Below are positions 41,261 to 55,775 of a stretch of DNA of 64,000 nucleotides, in pieces (position 1 is the stretch's first letter; each line of letters opens with the position of its first letter). Made by a program: the position numbers and the translations under genes. Under the pieces are notes generated by a model, which saw only the letters and a list, made by a program, of their open reading frames with translations, had not been told where the DNA came from and searched no databases. This DNA is from Octopus vulgaris (Eukaryota), in contig OX597831.1 of the NCBI GenBank assembly GCA_951406725.2, forward strand, positions 63,736,001-63,800,000, read 5' to 3'.

Positions 41261-42947
41261 AGATTGAAATGCAATAGATCGATTCTAGGGTCATAATTAT
41301 GGGCGACAATTTCATATGACACTGCAAGAAAAAACTGCCGTTCAAACCAAAAAGATCCAGGGTGGGTATTCCATTACAAGTTCCAGCTTCATTTTACAGT
41401 GAATAGTCATACAAAATTTGACACTTTATAGATACCGTTGTGCTAATTGGTATATTATATCAAAATCTGATCGTCAATCAATACACTCTAGAGCCATGCC
41501 ATTCTAAGTATCACATTAGATCTATAATAAAAAATAAGGTCTGAACAGTCAACTGAGTAACTTCTTGAGAATTTGACTTTATATTCTCTCTGGCACTTCC
41601 ATACTGGCATTCAGTTATGATGACAAATGTTGCAGTTGATCCAATCAACAGAACAGCCTGCTCATGAAATTAACAATATACCCTTAACATTGTTCTTTGA
41701 ATTACAAGTACAGTTCATTTTTACTGACAGGATTCAAGAAGTATAACGAAAATATAACACTGCTTACAAGAAATTGTGCACTATTTAATATTAAGAATTA
41801 CATTATAAAATGAAGCCAGTGAATGTACTTATTTCCTTTCACTTTAGAATTAACGTTTACAGGGCAAGTAGTAACCATAATCACATTAAGATACAGCAAC
41901 TTAGTTTGAAATATGAGCTGGTCGATGCAGCAGGATCAGCACTTTAATGGGGCCTGAAAAGATTTGATAGCCCAAAATTGAAAGATGCTGCTATAGGATA
42001 CTAGCCAAAATGTATTTAAAACCATGCCAACAGTTAAATATATATGTAGGTGGCAGGGTATGTGTGTATATGTATGCCTGTGAATGTGTGAGCATGTGTG
42101 TGAGTGTGTGTAATAAAGTGTCTTGCTTAAGGACACAATTTTCTCTCTACTGTCACATATTTTCCACGGCAGATGTTACAAGTTTTAATGTTTTGAAAAT
42201 GTGGCTGATTTTCTTTTCTCTTGCATCAAGCCTTTGTGAAACATCTTTTACTGTTACTTTAGACACCCTTACCTTCAATTCCACCTGATGGCTTCGTTGT
42301 AGCCATTTTGAATGTAGGTAAATCCAGCAGCAAGATAATTGACAATTATCAGCAACAAATATATAGTAAAGAAAAATAGCACCAGGAAAGAACTGCTTTG
42401 TGAGAGCAAAAAATTGTTGTCTCCTTTCTGTGGATATAAGAATAGAAATGAGGTGAAAAGGAGAGGTAGTAGGAAGTGTTATATGATTACAGTTAGTTGA
42501 AGGATTTCCATATTCATGGATACTTTACCTTGCAACATTGTCTTGAATCATTAAAATGCCCCACTCTATCCAAACATACACAGGCACACAGACACACACA
42601 TAACTGTATTAGCATACAACATATGTAGTGACAGGCATTGCATCATGCTGATTCTAAAGTTGTTGTTAGTGAGTTATTCAAAAGTTGGAAGATTGACAAT
42701 GGTAATGGTGTTGAATGTGTTGGTTTTGCTGGTAGTGATGGTGGTAGATTTAATCTTTTGATGACATAATACCACCAAAACCTTGTTCTTAGGTGTCTTT
42801 AACACATACTACTCTGTTGTAGTCATTCAAGCAAGGTCTCTAGACTGGGGGTGAGATCATCCCTTACTCTCATAATTCATGAAGGCCTCAAAAATGTCAT
42901 AAGTATTGCTTTTCTTCCTTTAAGTCATTAAACATCAGCCACTGACA

Positions 42948-43345
42948 TACTCTTTTACTCTTTTACTTGTTTCATTCATTTGACTGCGGCCATGCTGGAG
43001 CACCGCCTTTAGACGAGCAAATCAACCCCAGGACTTATTCTTTGTAAGCCTAATACCTATTCTATCGGTCTCTTTTGCTGAACCGCTACATTACGGGAAC
43101 GTAAACACACCAGCATCAGTTGTCAAGCGATGTTAGAGTGACAAACACAGACAAACACACACACAGACATATATACATATATACGATGGGTTTTTTCAAT
43201 TTCCATCTACCAAATCCACTCACAAGGCTTTGGTCGGCCCGAGGTTATAGTAGAAGACACTTGCCCATGGTGCCACACAGTGGGACTGAACCTGGAACTA
43301 TGTGGTTGGTAAGAAAGCTACTTACCATGCAGCCACTCCTGCGCC
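42948..43345 (-). mobile_element. SINE family A, full length
   Basis: Reverse complement of family A. Confidence 0.88.
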
Positions 43346-43746
43346 TATGTAATTTATATCACAGTCAGTTGATTCTTTTGATGTTTTTTATTACTCTTTT
43401 TTTAATTTTGTTATTGGAGATTGTTTTTCTTGCAATCTCAACAAACAATCAAATAGGATATTTTATTTGCTAACACTAACTTCATGAATCATCATAAACA
43501 TTCTCCATGCAAACTGAAAGTACATTTTCTTTACAACACACTTTCCTTGTGTGGTTAATTATTTCTCTCCTGACTTGGATTTTACTTATTTGAAACGTGT
43601 TGTTAATGGTAACTAATATATTATTGCAACAAATTGATAAACCGCTGAAACAAATGGAAGAGGAGTTAATTTACTTCCAGCATCCTATAACTTTATGTGT
43701 GTGTTTATATGTATGTATATGTATATTCATTTTACACATCCCTCAT

Positions 43747-43779
<33 letters not shown>

Positions 43780-43782
43780 CAC

Positions 43783-44120
43783 ACCGGAGTAAACACATAA
43801 ATGTGAAACAAGGTGGAAAAAAGAGTACTCAAATACCAGTGGTAGAGTAATATACTTTATTTAAAGCAGCAGAAAATTCAACAAAACCTGTTACTCTGAG
43901 TTTCACGTTGCCGTTCATCGGACAGTTTTTGCTAGAAACTCAGAGTAACAGGTTTTGTTGAATTTTCTGCTGCTTTAAATAAAATATATATATATATATA
44001 TATTGGTAAAAACGGTAAGATAATAAAAGAGAGAAATATATATATATATACTGGAGTAAGCACATAAATGTGAAACAAGGTGGAAGAAAGAGTACTCAAA
44101 TACCAGAGGTAGTATAATAA
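43783..44120 (-). mobile_element. Penelope-LTR-like repeat with a 49-bp inverted duplication (43856-43904 / 43935-43983) and a partial direct duplicate (44050-44120)
   Basis: Direct inspection; related copy at 52885-53050. Confidence 0.75.
43888..43925 (-). ncRNA. Minimal type-I hammerhead ribozyme motif (U4C core variant)
   Basis: Minus strand: CUGU-CCGAUGA-ACG(GCAA)CGU-GAAA-CUCAGAG-UA-ACAG. Stems I, II (GNRA loop) and III all pair; GUA triplet. Confidence 0.7.
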
Positions 44121-44693
44121 CAAAAGCTCTTAGTCAGAAAAGAGTTAAAAGATATGTCATTCATACTAGTAAATGATGGTAGTTTCTTGTAGACAGTTCT
44201 GTAATTTCATGCTGAACAATTCCGCACAATTGACTTGTTCATAAAAATGAAATCTATGTGCTGTACATTAGTTCATTTCCTCCATCAAATTGATGTTGTC
44301 TGAACAGGTGTACGATGTAACTTGTAAACATACTATATTTAATATCACACACCTTTATAACTTTTTTCTGTTACTGAATCAAATTCTTTTGTCATCTTCA
44401 CCATTTTGCATCTCTTCTATCTCTCTCTCCCCTCTCTCTCCCTCCTCTCTCTCTCCCTCCTCACTCTTTCTCCCAACTCTCTCTCTCTCCACTCTCTCCC
44501 TCTACTCTCTCTCTCTCTCTCTCTTTATCTCTATCTCTCTCCACTCACTCACTCACTCACTCTCCCTTTCTCTTTCTCACTTTCTCTCTCCAACTGAGAT
44601 AGCTATGTATCTTCTCTACTGCAGGACACCTATTTCTGTCCTTCTAATTATATTCTAACCTTTCATCACCTGGCACAAAACCAACTCCCTTAA

Positions 44694-44914
44694 CCCTTTC
44701 GTTACCAACCCAGGAGAAACCGGCTCTAGCTCTGAGTACAAATGTCTTGTTTTCATAAGTTTTGAATTAAAATCTTCCACCAAACCTTAGTCACAATTTA
44801 TGTTCCTAACACTAGCTAAATGATAACTAAGTTATTTTACTAAATTCTTTGTTATATTTAAAATTAATTGAAAGAAACACGGAGCATCTCAAAATAAATA
44901 CAGTAATGAAAGGG
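44694..44914. mobile_element. piggyBac-type MITE
   Basis: TTAA on both sides (44690-93, 44915-18); TIR CCCTTTCGTTAC / GTAATGAAAGGG. Confidence 0.85.
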
Positions 44915-46092
44915 TTAATACTACTCCCACAAAGTTAAAGTGTCTTATCCTGCAAGTTACTTAGGGACCTCACTGCTGCTGGTGTCATGGAAAAGATACC
45001 CAGTACACTCTGTAAAGTGGTTGGCATTAGGAAGAGCAACCTGTTGTAGAAACCATACCAAAGCAGATAGAGCTTGAACCTGTCTTCTGACTTGTGAGCT
45101 TTTGTCAAACATTCCAACCCATGCGAGCAGGGAAGGAGGATGTTAAATGATGATGGTGGCAATGCTGATGAGGACTCTGCCCAGGTCTGATTCAGATCAA
45201 ATGTAATAAAATAAATAAAAAGGAGAATTTTAGTCAGGGAAACAGACATTGTGTGAGACGTACAACTTTTCAGAGTAAGGTGTGATTGAGCAAATCTCTA
45301 CATGGCCAAATTTCTTGTGAATTACATCTCACCATCTTAAATATAAAATATGAAATCGAACAATGATTGTAATCCGAAATATATAAAAATTATGACAGCT
45401 GGAATGCTTTTGATAATTTGATAATACACTTGCTTAATCAGGGCTCACTTGGAGTCAAGCAACAAACTTCTTGCAGGCTGGTAGATTTAATCTGTCACCT
45501 AAGAACCCTGATAGTAACCAAGCTTTTGGGTACCTATAATGCAGTACAGTGTTACAGTCATTCATGCCAGGTCTCTAGTCTGAGGATACCTTCCTCCCTT
45601 CCTCCAACTAGTCATAAAGAACATCTTATCTGATAACACTTACCTCATGAATATTCATAAGCATCCTTAATGGTAACTGTAACTATGTTTCGCTTGCAAC
45701 AAGACTCTTCTTATCTTACATTATTTACATTCTTCAGGTGGAGGGTATATCAGCCGAAACGTTGTGTTAACAACAAACAAGATGAGGACAAATATCCATC
45801 GAATGTAAATAATGTAAATAAAGTACATAATTTCTCATCTCTTAAATATAGAACTGTCTTCTTATTTTGTTAGCTATTTCTCTCTGTTTTTGACATCAAT
45901 TGGGTTTTATTTATTATAAGTGTGCTCCTTGTTAATACATTGCAAAAAATTAATGATTTGATGAAACAGAAGAAAGGGGAATTAGTTTACTTCCAGTATG
46001 TTAAAAATTAGTAGAAGGACATGAGTCAGTTTAGGAGTTGAGAACACTTAGTATTAGTTGCTTTTGCTGCTGTTGAGCAGTGCTGTTGCTGT

Positions 46093-46413
46093 TGAGCAGA
46101 GCTGTCTTCGTCCCAGAGCTCGCAAGATGGGAGAAGTCCAAAACATGGTCCTTTGCTATTCGTAAGACCCGCAGAAGAGAAAGCAGGTCAACCCCCGACA
46201 CTGAGAGCATTGACGGATGGATGAATGTGCATCCAGGCTCAGCAGATACATAGGAAGTCAGGGACAAGAAACAGAAAGAAAGAGTACAACAGGGGTCACC
46301 ACCACCCTCTGACGAAGCCTCGTAGAGCTTCTGGTGTTTTCGCTCTGGCAATCGAAACCACGATCCTCCGACTGCGAGTCCGCTGCCCTAACCACTGGGC
46401 CATTGCTCCTCCA
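46093..46413 (-). mobile_element. tRNA-headed SINE related to family D
   Basis: Reverse head GTGGAGGAGCAATGGCCCAGTGGTTAGGGCAGCGGACTCGCAGTCGG...GGTTTCGATT. Confidence 0.75.
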
Positions 46414-46509
46414 CTTGCTTTTGCTGCTGTTCACTCAGCAGAACAGGATCTTGAGATAGATGGTCAGAGGCAGTATATGGTGTGACACATTAGCTACATC
46501 TAAGCTAAT

Positions 46510-46910
46510 GCTATAATACAACCACACATATCTTAGACCATATCTCCAAAAAAGTCACATGACTGTTTGACATGGAATTGCTGTCTAATATACTCATACA
46601 ATCTGGCCCAGAAACATGCTGTCTTTTCTCTCTGTCTTTTCTACTGTTGCTGCTTCGGTACTTCTCACTCGTTCTTCTCTCTTCCTCTTATCAACCATAT
46701 TCTGTACCCTTGACCAATCCACCCTATTCCCTATTCCCAGTTCATCCTCCCCTCCTCAAATGCATTAACTGTACATGTTTTTCCTCCAGCCATTGACTTA
46801 CAACTGCTTAAGAGCAATGTTAACTGCATTAATCTCAGCTGTTCTGGTTTTGAAAACCTCATCAGCAAAGCTCTTTCCTCACACCTAATCCAATAAGAGA
46901 AAGATATGCC
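46510..46910 (+). mobile_element. Decayed CR1/Jockey-group LINE ORF2 C-terminus and 3' end
   Basis: HILDHISKKV*LFDMELL...AQKHAVFSLCLFY...HVFPPAIDLQLLKSNVNCINL, the typical LDRIQKKA..HRRxVxSLCLFY..VFP..DLxxFKxxVN end. Confidence 0.65.
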
Positions 46911-49900
46911 ATCTTTATTGACTCTGTGTTGTTTTAAAATTCTAGATATTAAACATGTCAAACTCATGCTGGATGGAATTCCTTGAGAAGGATTTAACAG
47001 TTGCATTGAAATTTCCTTGTGAGCTATTTACAGTAAATGATAGTTTTTGTACATTCAAACCCAGTAAATGTATATTTAGGATCCATATGTCCATTGTAGA
47101 ATATGCTCATCTTAGAGTCATTATCTATGCCTTTGAAGAAAGATAGTTGTTATATTACTTTTATTAGTTTGCTTATGTGGGAAATATAAACTCTTTGTGA
47201 TTTCCATTTATATTATATAGCTTTAAATAAATTCGATCATAGACCAGTATCAAACCATATTATTTGTATTATGTTGCTTCTTATAAATTAGATCCTATAA
47301 TTCCTGCTTTAAGAAACTCTGAAAATGTCTTCCTAAATGAAGAAAATCGCTAAAGATACAAACTTTGCAGTTTAATTCCTTCTTCTCTGGAAATGTCCAG
47401 AGCTTTCAGCTAAAATTATTTAGCTTCAACCTTTTCCATTTTGACTTAAAATGTCACCTAGATCAGATTTACCTTTTATTCCTCCAAGATCAATAAAAAT
47501 GAATTACCACCCACTATAGAGGTGATCAATATAAAGGTGTTTCCTTTTGTTTAAAAAAAATTAACTTGTGATTTTCAAGATTGAAATCAATATTGAATTT
47601 CTTAAAATAATTTCCTTATTAGAAGCAGCAGCAGCTGTAAAGGCTTTGTGTTTCGGCTTATTTTATCTACTGCCCCAGTGGCCTATGTCTTCGGTCTCAG
47701 TAACACACACACATAGCCTTACTTGGATTGAGTTGAAATATTTTCTGAATGGAAATATTTTCTGACACTATAGAGGAATGTTACTTTTTGTAAAACTACC
47801 TGTGATATGTAAGGAATGTGAGCTCGCCACATACAACACCCAAAAAGATAAAACATATATTGCTTACAATTTGTAGGAGGGGAGTTTGCTGTAGTTGTGA
47901 CATTGTTTAATAGTATGGAGGAAGCAATGATTATGTCATCAGACTCAGTAATTAACCCTGGTTGTTCCACACTCAAAAGCTAACCTTGTTTTTTCATGCA
48001 CATTTGGGTACCAGAGTGACTTCACACATTTTTCATGCTAAGTTTTAGCTTCTTATCTTAGACATAATTATAAATGATCCCTTCCATTGTCTGCCGTGTT
48101 ATCACTTAAATCAACACAAGCAATGGATTAGCAGTAATTAGTAAAATGAGAAACTCGCAACTAGGTTAGAATGAAAAGAGTTTAAAAATTTAATCAGATA
48201 AATATGCTATACCTCATAATGAAAATATGACTGATTAGCTTGGTGATATTGAGAATGCAATCAACATTGATAAAATGGAATATAATAATTAATTTAGAAT
48301 CAGCAGAGATCAGACAAAATGCCATGTGGTATTTAGTTGTGTCTCTTTATGTTGTGGTGGAGGTGTGTAGCTTAGTGGTTAGAGTGTTGCACTCATAACT
48401 GTAAGATTGTAGATTTGATTCCTGGATTGAGCAATGTGTTGTGCTCTTGAGCAAAACACTACATTTTACATTGCTCTAGTCCATTCAACTGGCAAATATG
48501 AGCAATCCTGTTTCCACTCCTTCAAAACTTCCACGCTTCCTGAGATTCGCCAACACTACACCTGATTTTCTCCCCTCCATACACACGCAAGCATGTATCT
48601 GACTAATGCACTGTTCACTTTCCAGACATTTGTACATTACTGCATGCACTTTATACACACTTTCTGATAAGTTGTGGTGCACCTGAGCACTGTATACAAT
48701 AATTTCATTATTATAATTATATGTGCCACAGGATCCAGGAAATTGACCTTATAAGTGTATGACTCAGGATAGACCTTTGATCCTTTTTACTTTATATCAT
48801 GAGTGTGGAACCCACTAAGAGCAACTTTGCTTTTTAAAATATATCAACCTGATACTGAAGTTCATTGGAGATGATTCAGCAGTTGAATTTAATTTAAGTA
48901 ATTACTATTTGCATTAAAAAAAGGGAAATTTTCATATGTTCAAGCCCAACAAGTTTGTGTTTTAGGATCCATAAGCATACTATAGAAAAGCCTTATCTTA
49001 AATTCATTGTGTTTGTTGTTTGTTAAAATAAAAATACCTTTCAAGGATTGAGATTGATTAAAACAATTATACCCGGTGGTAGAGCAACTGATAAACTTCC
49101 TTGCTACATTTCTTTACAATCTGGGTTCAAATTTGTGTCAAACACAACTTTAAATTGCTTCCTGTTTCAGGCTTAATAAAAATAAAGTCCCAGTCAAATA
49201 CTAGAATTGATGAAATTCTAAAAGTATGTATATCTTTTAGATTGTTGCATTTCTATGTATGCAGGCATAGCTGAATGGTTAAGAAGATAGCTTCACAATC
49301 ATGAAGTCCCCATGGTCAATCTCAGCACATGGCATCTTGGGTAGTGTCTTTAACTTAGTCCCAGGCCAGTGAGTGAAATTTTTGTGGAGCACATCAGTAA
49401 GGATTGTATGTGTAATGCCAACAATTTCAGGGAAGGGAATAAGTTGATTACATTTATCCCAGAGCTCAACTGGTACTTATTTTATCGACCCTGAAAGGAT
49501 CGATAAAATAAGGATCAGTTGAGACGAAGCCAGTCTCAGCAGAACTTGAACTCAGAATGTAAAAATGGATGAAATGCCTTGAAGCATTTTACCCGGCATA
49601 GAAGCTATTCTGCCAGCTCACCACCATAACACATTATAACATACAGAGTGATGCTGATTCACCTTCAGGGATTACAGTATGGCTACATGTGTCTGTGGGA
49701 TACTCAGCCTGTTTCATGTTGATTTAAAGCATTGGATATTTATTTGATTGAATAATTGGATGTTCATCAGCAAAACTGAATGAGGATCTATTATTTTAGG
49801 CATTCGAATTAAAAGCAACATAAATTTCTGTTACTATAAACAGGTGATTTTTGTAATTCAACAGGTAGGCAATGTAATGCCATTTTCAACAGCAGTTTTC

Positions 49901-50157
49901 CTGTCCCCTTCCCAACTACTAATAAACAGTATCATATTTACAGTCAACACCCATCAGCTCCTCTTACAAATACTATTCCTGTCTGTGGGTTCTGTCCCTC
50001 TACTTCTGTTAAAACTTATTAAACACAGGCTTGGTGCTCCAAAAGTTAATTTACTCTACCATCATCACATGATCAATTCTTTATAGATGTAGTTATTTAG
50101 GCATGAATACAGCAAATAACACTATTACTACTACTGCTACTACTACTTTTTGCTTCT

Positions 50158-50195
<38 letters not shown>

Positions 50196-50355
50196 CATTC
50201 TACTTTTCCTTTTCTTTCCTTCTTCCTTCATAAATTATTTTTATTACTATCACACACCAGTTTAGATGCTGGCATATTTTTAAATATAACTGAGTGCTTA
50301 AGAAGTTCATATATATATATCATCATTGTCATCATCATCACCATTTAATACCCCT

Positions 50356-50430
50356 CTGTGTGTGTGTGTGTGTGTCTGTGCACGTGTGTGTGTGTGTGTG
50401 TGCATGTGTGTGTGTGTGTGTGTGTGTGTG

Positions 50431-50480
<50 letters not shown>
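50356..50480. repeat. (TG)n microsatellite
   Basis: Seen directly. Confidence 0.95.
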
Positions 50481-50482
<2 letters not shown>

Positions 50483-50576
50483 GTTTTTCCGTTCTAATTT
50501 TGTCTCAACTTAAACCTGGAATCTTTCTTTAATATTTTTATAGTTGGAAAGATTTATTTCTTACATCGGCACATGA

Positions 50577-50612
<36 letters not shown>

Positions 50613-50895
50613 CTGTAGAGGGAGGATGCATAGTAAATTGGATTAACTTCAATATACGATTGGTCCTTATTTCATTGAATCTTTAAATAATGAAAAGAAA
50701 TATTGCATCTGCCTGGAATTAAAGATAGAAATAAAGAAATATAAATAAATAGTGAAAGATGTATATATATATTTAGTATAGAACTCTATTATTTATGTCA
50801 CTCTATCACCTTAATCCAATCAATGTCATTAATAAATATCTATATATATATATATAATGTTGTTTTTTTTCTTTTTTTAACTTTCTCTTTTGCAG

Positions 50896-51000
50896 AAGTG
50901 TCTCCTTCAAACGATGGGAACTATACATGCGAATCACATAAAAAAGTTTCCAATAACTTCCAGGTTTTTAACAAAGCAGTAACAGACATTGTTGTTCTAC
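50896..51000 (+). CDS. Internal coding exon B (strands F-G of Ig domain 1)
   Basis: Acceptor ctttctcttttgcAG (50894-95); donor C|GTAAGC at 51001; 105 nt, phase 1-1. Joins exon A in frame (A+AA=Lys) to give ...LEILKVSPSNDGNYTCESHKKVSNNFQVFNKAVTDIVVL, with the canonical DxGxYxC motif. Confidence 0.92.
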
Positions 51001-51899
51001 GTAAGCAGTTTGTCTTTTATTCAGTTTACTATGCTTCAGGAATTAAAGTATTCGGTCATGGAGTAAAGAACTCCAACTGTCTTCTTACCATTGCCGTTAA
51101 AGATTTCCACCAGCATTCCATTGTTTCATTACATTATAAAGCCTATCATGTTACTTCTGGTTCATGATGGTAGCTCTGCTTTCTTAATGCAGAGAATGCT
51201 TCTAGGTAAAGTGACGATGTTTTATTTCTGCAACTTATAGATTTTCAAAGTGTAATGTTGACTGACCTACCTATCTATCTAACGACAGCTTTAGGGAAAC
51301 AAACCAAATGATGGCAAACAATATGTTTGTACAGGTCTTTGAAATTATAATCTCTCCATGCTCTGATTGCTACAGTATTATTGTTAATCAAACTAGCTAC
51401 CAAGAATGCATTATATACATGCAAACTGGTCTATCCAATTTATTTAAACATTTACTGAGTGGTTAAAATGAAAGAGGGCACTCAGCCATTGATAGGATCC
51501 CAACACAAGAAAGAAATCAATCCAGTTGATCCCATTGTTTCTACTTACAAAGACAATGTTTTTATAGGTTTTTACATCGGTCAATAGATCAATAACAACA
51601 ATAAGATCTATAGATATATACTATTCGACAGTATAGCATTGAAAGTAGGCACTGTTAATGCACTACTAATGTATTAATTGAACTAGCTACTGAATTGAAC
51701 AATCCAGTTTATTAAGTAAGTTGTTAATAATTCATGTCAACTAAAGTTTAATAGATGTATTCTTTAGTAAAGTGTAGCAGATACATATATATGAATAGTT
51801 AGGTAGATAAATAGGCATGTATATGTGCATGTGTACGTGTGTGTGCATATAATACACACACAACACACACATACATATATATAAATATATACACACACA

Positions 51900-51939
<40 letters not shown>

Positions 51940-51970
51940 TACACACACATGCATATATATATATAAATAT

Positions 51971-52017
<47 letters not shown>

Positions 52018-52173
52018 CATACACACATGCATGTATATATAAGCATATATATCACTGTATCAGTGTATCAGCCAGACTCCCATATGTTTTTATACACTGA
52101 GTAGACTGGAGCAGTATGAATTGAAGTGTTTAGGTCAAGAACATAAAGCACCATAGGTCTATTTCTATCTTAG

Positions 52174-52206
<33 letters not shown>

Positions 52207-52503
52207 CTGTGGGTACATATATACCAAATGTGGTAAGTCACTGATGAACCACAGCATGCAGAAATCACATGATCTGGTAATTCCAGCCCCATGCCAGAAA
52301 GTTTCCATCTGCTAACAATATACACCTCTGGTTTTAGCATTATGGTCAGCATGAAAGCATTTCTCAAGGCAAACAGTGCAGTATTCAGCTTTCCAATAAT
52401 ACATCCACATTGAGTAGGTTCTAATGATTGCTATTCAGTACTGCCACTGCTTTCATCACTAATAATTGCATATGTACACACACACACACATTTATATACA
52501 TAC

Positions 52504-52556
<53 letters not shown>

Positions 52557-53004
52557 AGGCCTAAATTCAGTTACAATCTGTATTTAGAGTAACAAATTTA
52601 CCTATATATTACATAATTGGGTAAGTTTTGGGGCCATGACAATTCTCTGCCCGAATTACATTTCTGTCTCCATTCAGCTGTAGAAATGAGCTGCAATGTC
52701 ACAGTTGCCAAGCTGTATCGGCTTTTGCCACTCCCTTGGATAACACTGGTGGTGTGGAGAAGGGAGACTGGTATGCATGGGCGACTGAAGGTCTTTCATA
52801 AACAACCTTGCCTGGACTTGTGCCTCGGAGGGGAACTTTCTAGGTGCAATCACATGGTCATTTATGACCAAAGTGGGGTCTTAACACACACCAGTAAGCA
52901 TATAAATGCGAAACAAGGTGGAAAAAATAGTAATAGTACTCAAATACTAGAGGTAGAGTAATATGCCCTTTTCTTCTTAATAAAGCTGCAAGAGCATCAC
53001 AAAA

Positions 53005-53046
53005 AACTACTACTCAGAGTTTCACATTCTTGTTCATCAGGTGATT
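53005..53046 (-). ncRNA. Minimal type-I hammerhead ribozyme motif, canonical core
   Basis: Minus strand: AAUCAC-CUGAUGA-ACA(AGAA)UGU-GAAA-CUCUGAG-UA-GUAGUU; stem I has one mismatch and one wobble. Confidence 0.7.
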
Positions 53047-53132
53047 GTGATCAAGCTTTAATAATTGAAAAAAAGGGCATGTGTGTGTGTGTGTATGTGT
53101 GTGTATATATATATATATGCATATATATATGC

Positions 53133-53165
<33 letters not shown>

Positions 53166-54359
53166 TGCATATATATATATGTATATATATATATTAGATT
53201 TATGTTTAAATATTGTTTGATAAATTCATTCGAAATTTTTACCGGCATCCTCTTTGTCGCCGGGTATAATCTGCGTCTGCGCAGTGGTTTGAAAAGTTAG
53301 GATTTACAAACCGTTAGTTCTACATGTGAATCTGGCGGTCTGTATGTCTGAATTCTAAAGGCTGCCCCACTGAATAAAACTGATCTTCAGCAAATACTTT
53401 TTTGCTGGAAATAGTTAGAAACCGTCGTTCTGGGAAATAGTTGAGATAGTAAACGTTTTTAATTTTCATTCCTTTCGTGAATTTATCCTTTTTGTGGTCT
53501 TGAGATTTCTACTGCTCTTTCTAGCACAACGCTTTCCTATTTGGAAGCCTCTTATTGTATTTCTCTGTGAATAATATATAGTCTAATGACTAATTCATTT
53601 TTGTGCTAGGCCACTGGTAATAATAATTTATTATTATGTTTAAATATATATATATATATATGTAATTTATTTAAGGTATTAAATGTAATAATCATGAGGA
53701 TGCAGGCTCCACAATAAAATGAGAATTGCAATATAACTACATAACTAGAGCAACTGTTTGAATTACATGATGATAAATCATTATATACATTTAGTGCAGT
53801 GTCATTTGATTTAAAAGTTTTAATTGGAAAAAAGTTTAACACTTTATTACAGGTGTTCTCCAAATACTGAAATATTGTTTATTCCAAACACTATATTATA
53901 TCCTAAAAACTAGAAGCATTCCTCCAAAATTTCCTACAGAAAGCACTGTTTATTAACGAATTTAATGCTGGTCATTACTGTTCACCTTTATTTTTTGATC
54001 ATTAAATACTAAAATGTAAAGAAAGAAACTTGAATAACTATTTATTGCTATGGTCACATTGTAAGTCATTGTTGAAATCCAAATTGGCTAAGTTTGCTAA
54101 TATTAGCAAATGGTCTTATATTTAGACAAGAAACTGTAAGTGAGAAGAATTGACGCCATGCATGTAGGAGTTACATGAAACTGTTACTACTACTAATACA
54201 ACTACTAAAACTACTGGTGCTGCTATTTCTACTAACACTACTACTACTACTATTACTATGAATAATAATAATAACAATAATTAATACAACCTCATATCAA
54301 TTAGGCTATCACTTCTTTTTATGTAAATGGATTCTTAAATAATGGCACATGCACACGCG

Positions 54360-54404
<45 letters not shown>

Positions 54405-54477
54405 TTATATACATAATAACACAATACACAATGATATTAATAATGGTTTCTAACACAGGTAATATAAATTATGTATG

Positions 54478-54725
<248 letters not shown>

Positions 54726-55719
54726 ACAAAAATATAGAAAGAAACAAAGAGACATGTATATATAAAACGATATATAGATATTTTATACATACATATACTG
54801 ACATATGTGTGCACGTGTCTATGTGTGCATATATAATACATCATATATTAATTATAATACACCCAGTGTAACCATAGTGACTAAAAGTGATTAACTATAA
54901 AGGATCAAAGGATCGGAATTCCTGAATATTCCATCTGATAAGCCACTACATGGCTTTGCACTCACCTCTCACTCTCACCCTCCTTAGCCCCTTACCAACG
55001 ATGGTTATAATCATGTATCTCTATTGAAGTAAGAGAATAAAGAAATACTATGAAATATATGTATATATTCTACCCATACAGACAGTCTGTTCACAGTGGT
55101 GGCTGTGTTTGTGGGAGGGGGGAGGTGGCATTGGCTTACATACATATTATATACATGGCAGATAATTTGGCTTCTGTGCACATCAAAAATGGTGTGGTTT
55201 GCAATTCAGTTCTAGATGCATTGCATGTGAATGACAGCTGGTCAGTGTTTCAAAAAAGTCAAAAAAAAAAAAAATGGACAGACTGTTCCTTAAAGTTACT
55301 GCTGCATTCTTTAATGTCCATAATAGATTGAAAACAAAGAACTGCATTTTCTGTCACAGAAACTTAAAGCTGCAACTGAAAACGATTGGTGTGAACGAAA
55401 TCCCCTTATATGCATGCTGCTTTTATTTTGGATTTCCTATATAGATGAAAGATGCACTCTCTCAGATGCATGAACACTACTCATAGCACTCGAACCTGAG
55501 ACTTATAAAGGGTAAGATGCTGCTAAGAGTTGACATAATGTCTTGTTTTTCCTATAGAGAAGATCGTCGTTTTTTTTCTCCAAACGCAACTCTTCTAAAT
55601 TGGTTGCATTTAACTTGAATTAGTTTCAACATAATATATCTTTTATATACTTTAGTTAATTATGCATACTTGTTCCAATACCTGCACATATATAATAATG
55701 TATATATATATAAAAATAT

Positions 55720-55775
<56 letters not shown>

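Noticed and set aside
46309-46365. CTGACGA...GAAAC on the plus strand
   Set aside because: Lies in the antisense of a SINE; no helix closes onto GAAA and there is no stem III or UH.
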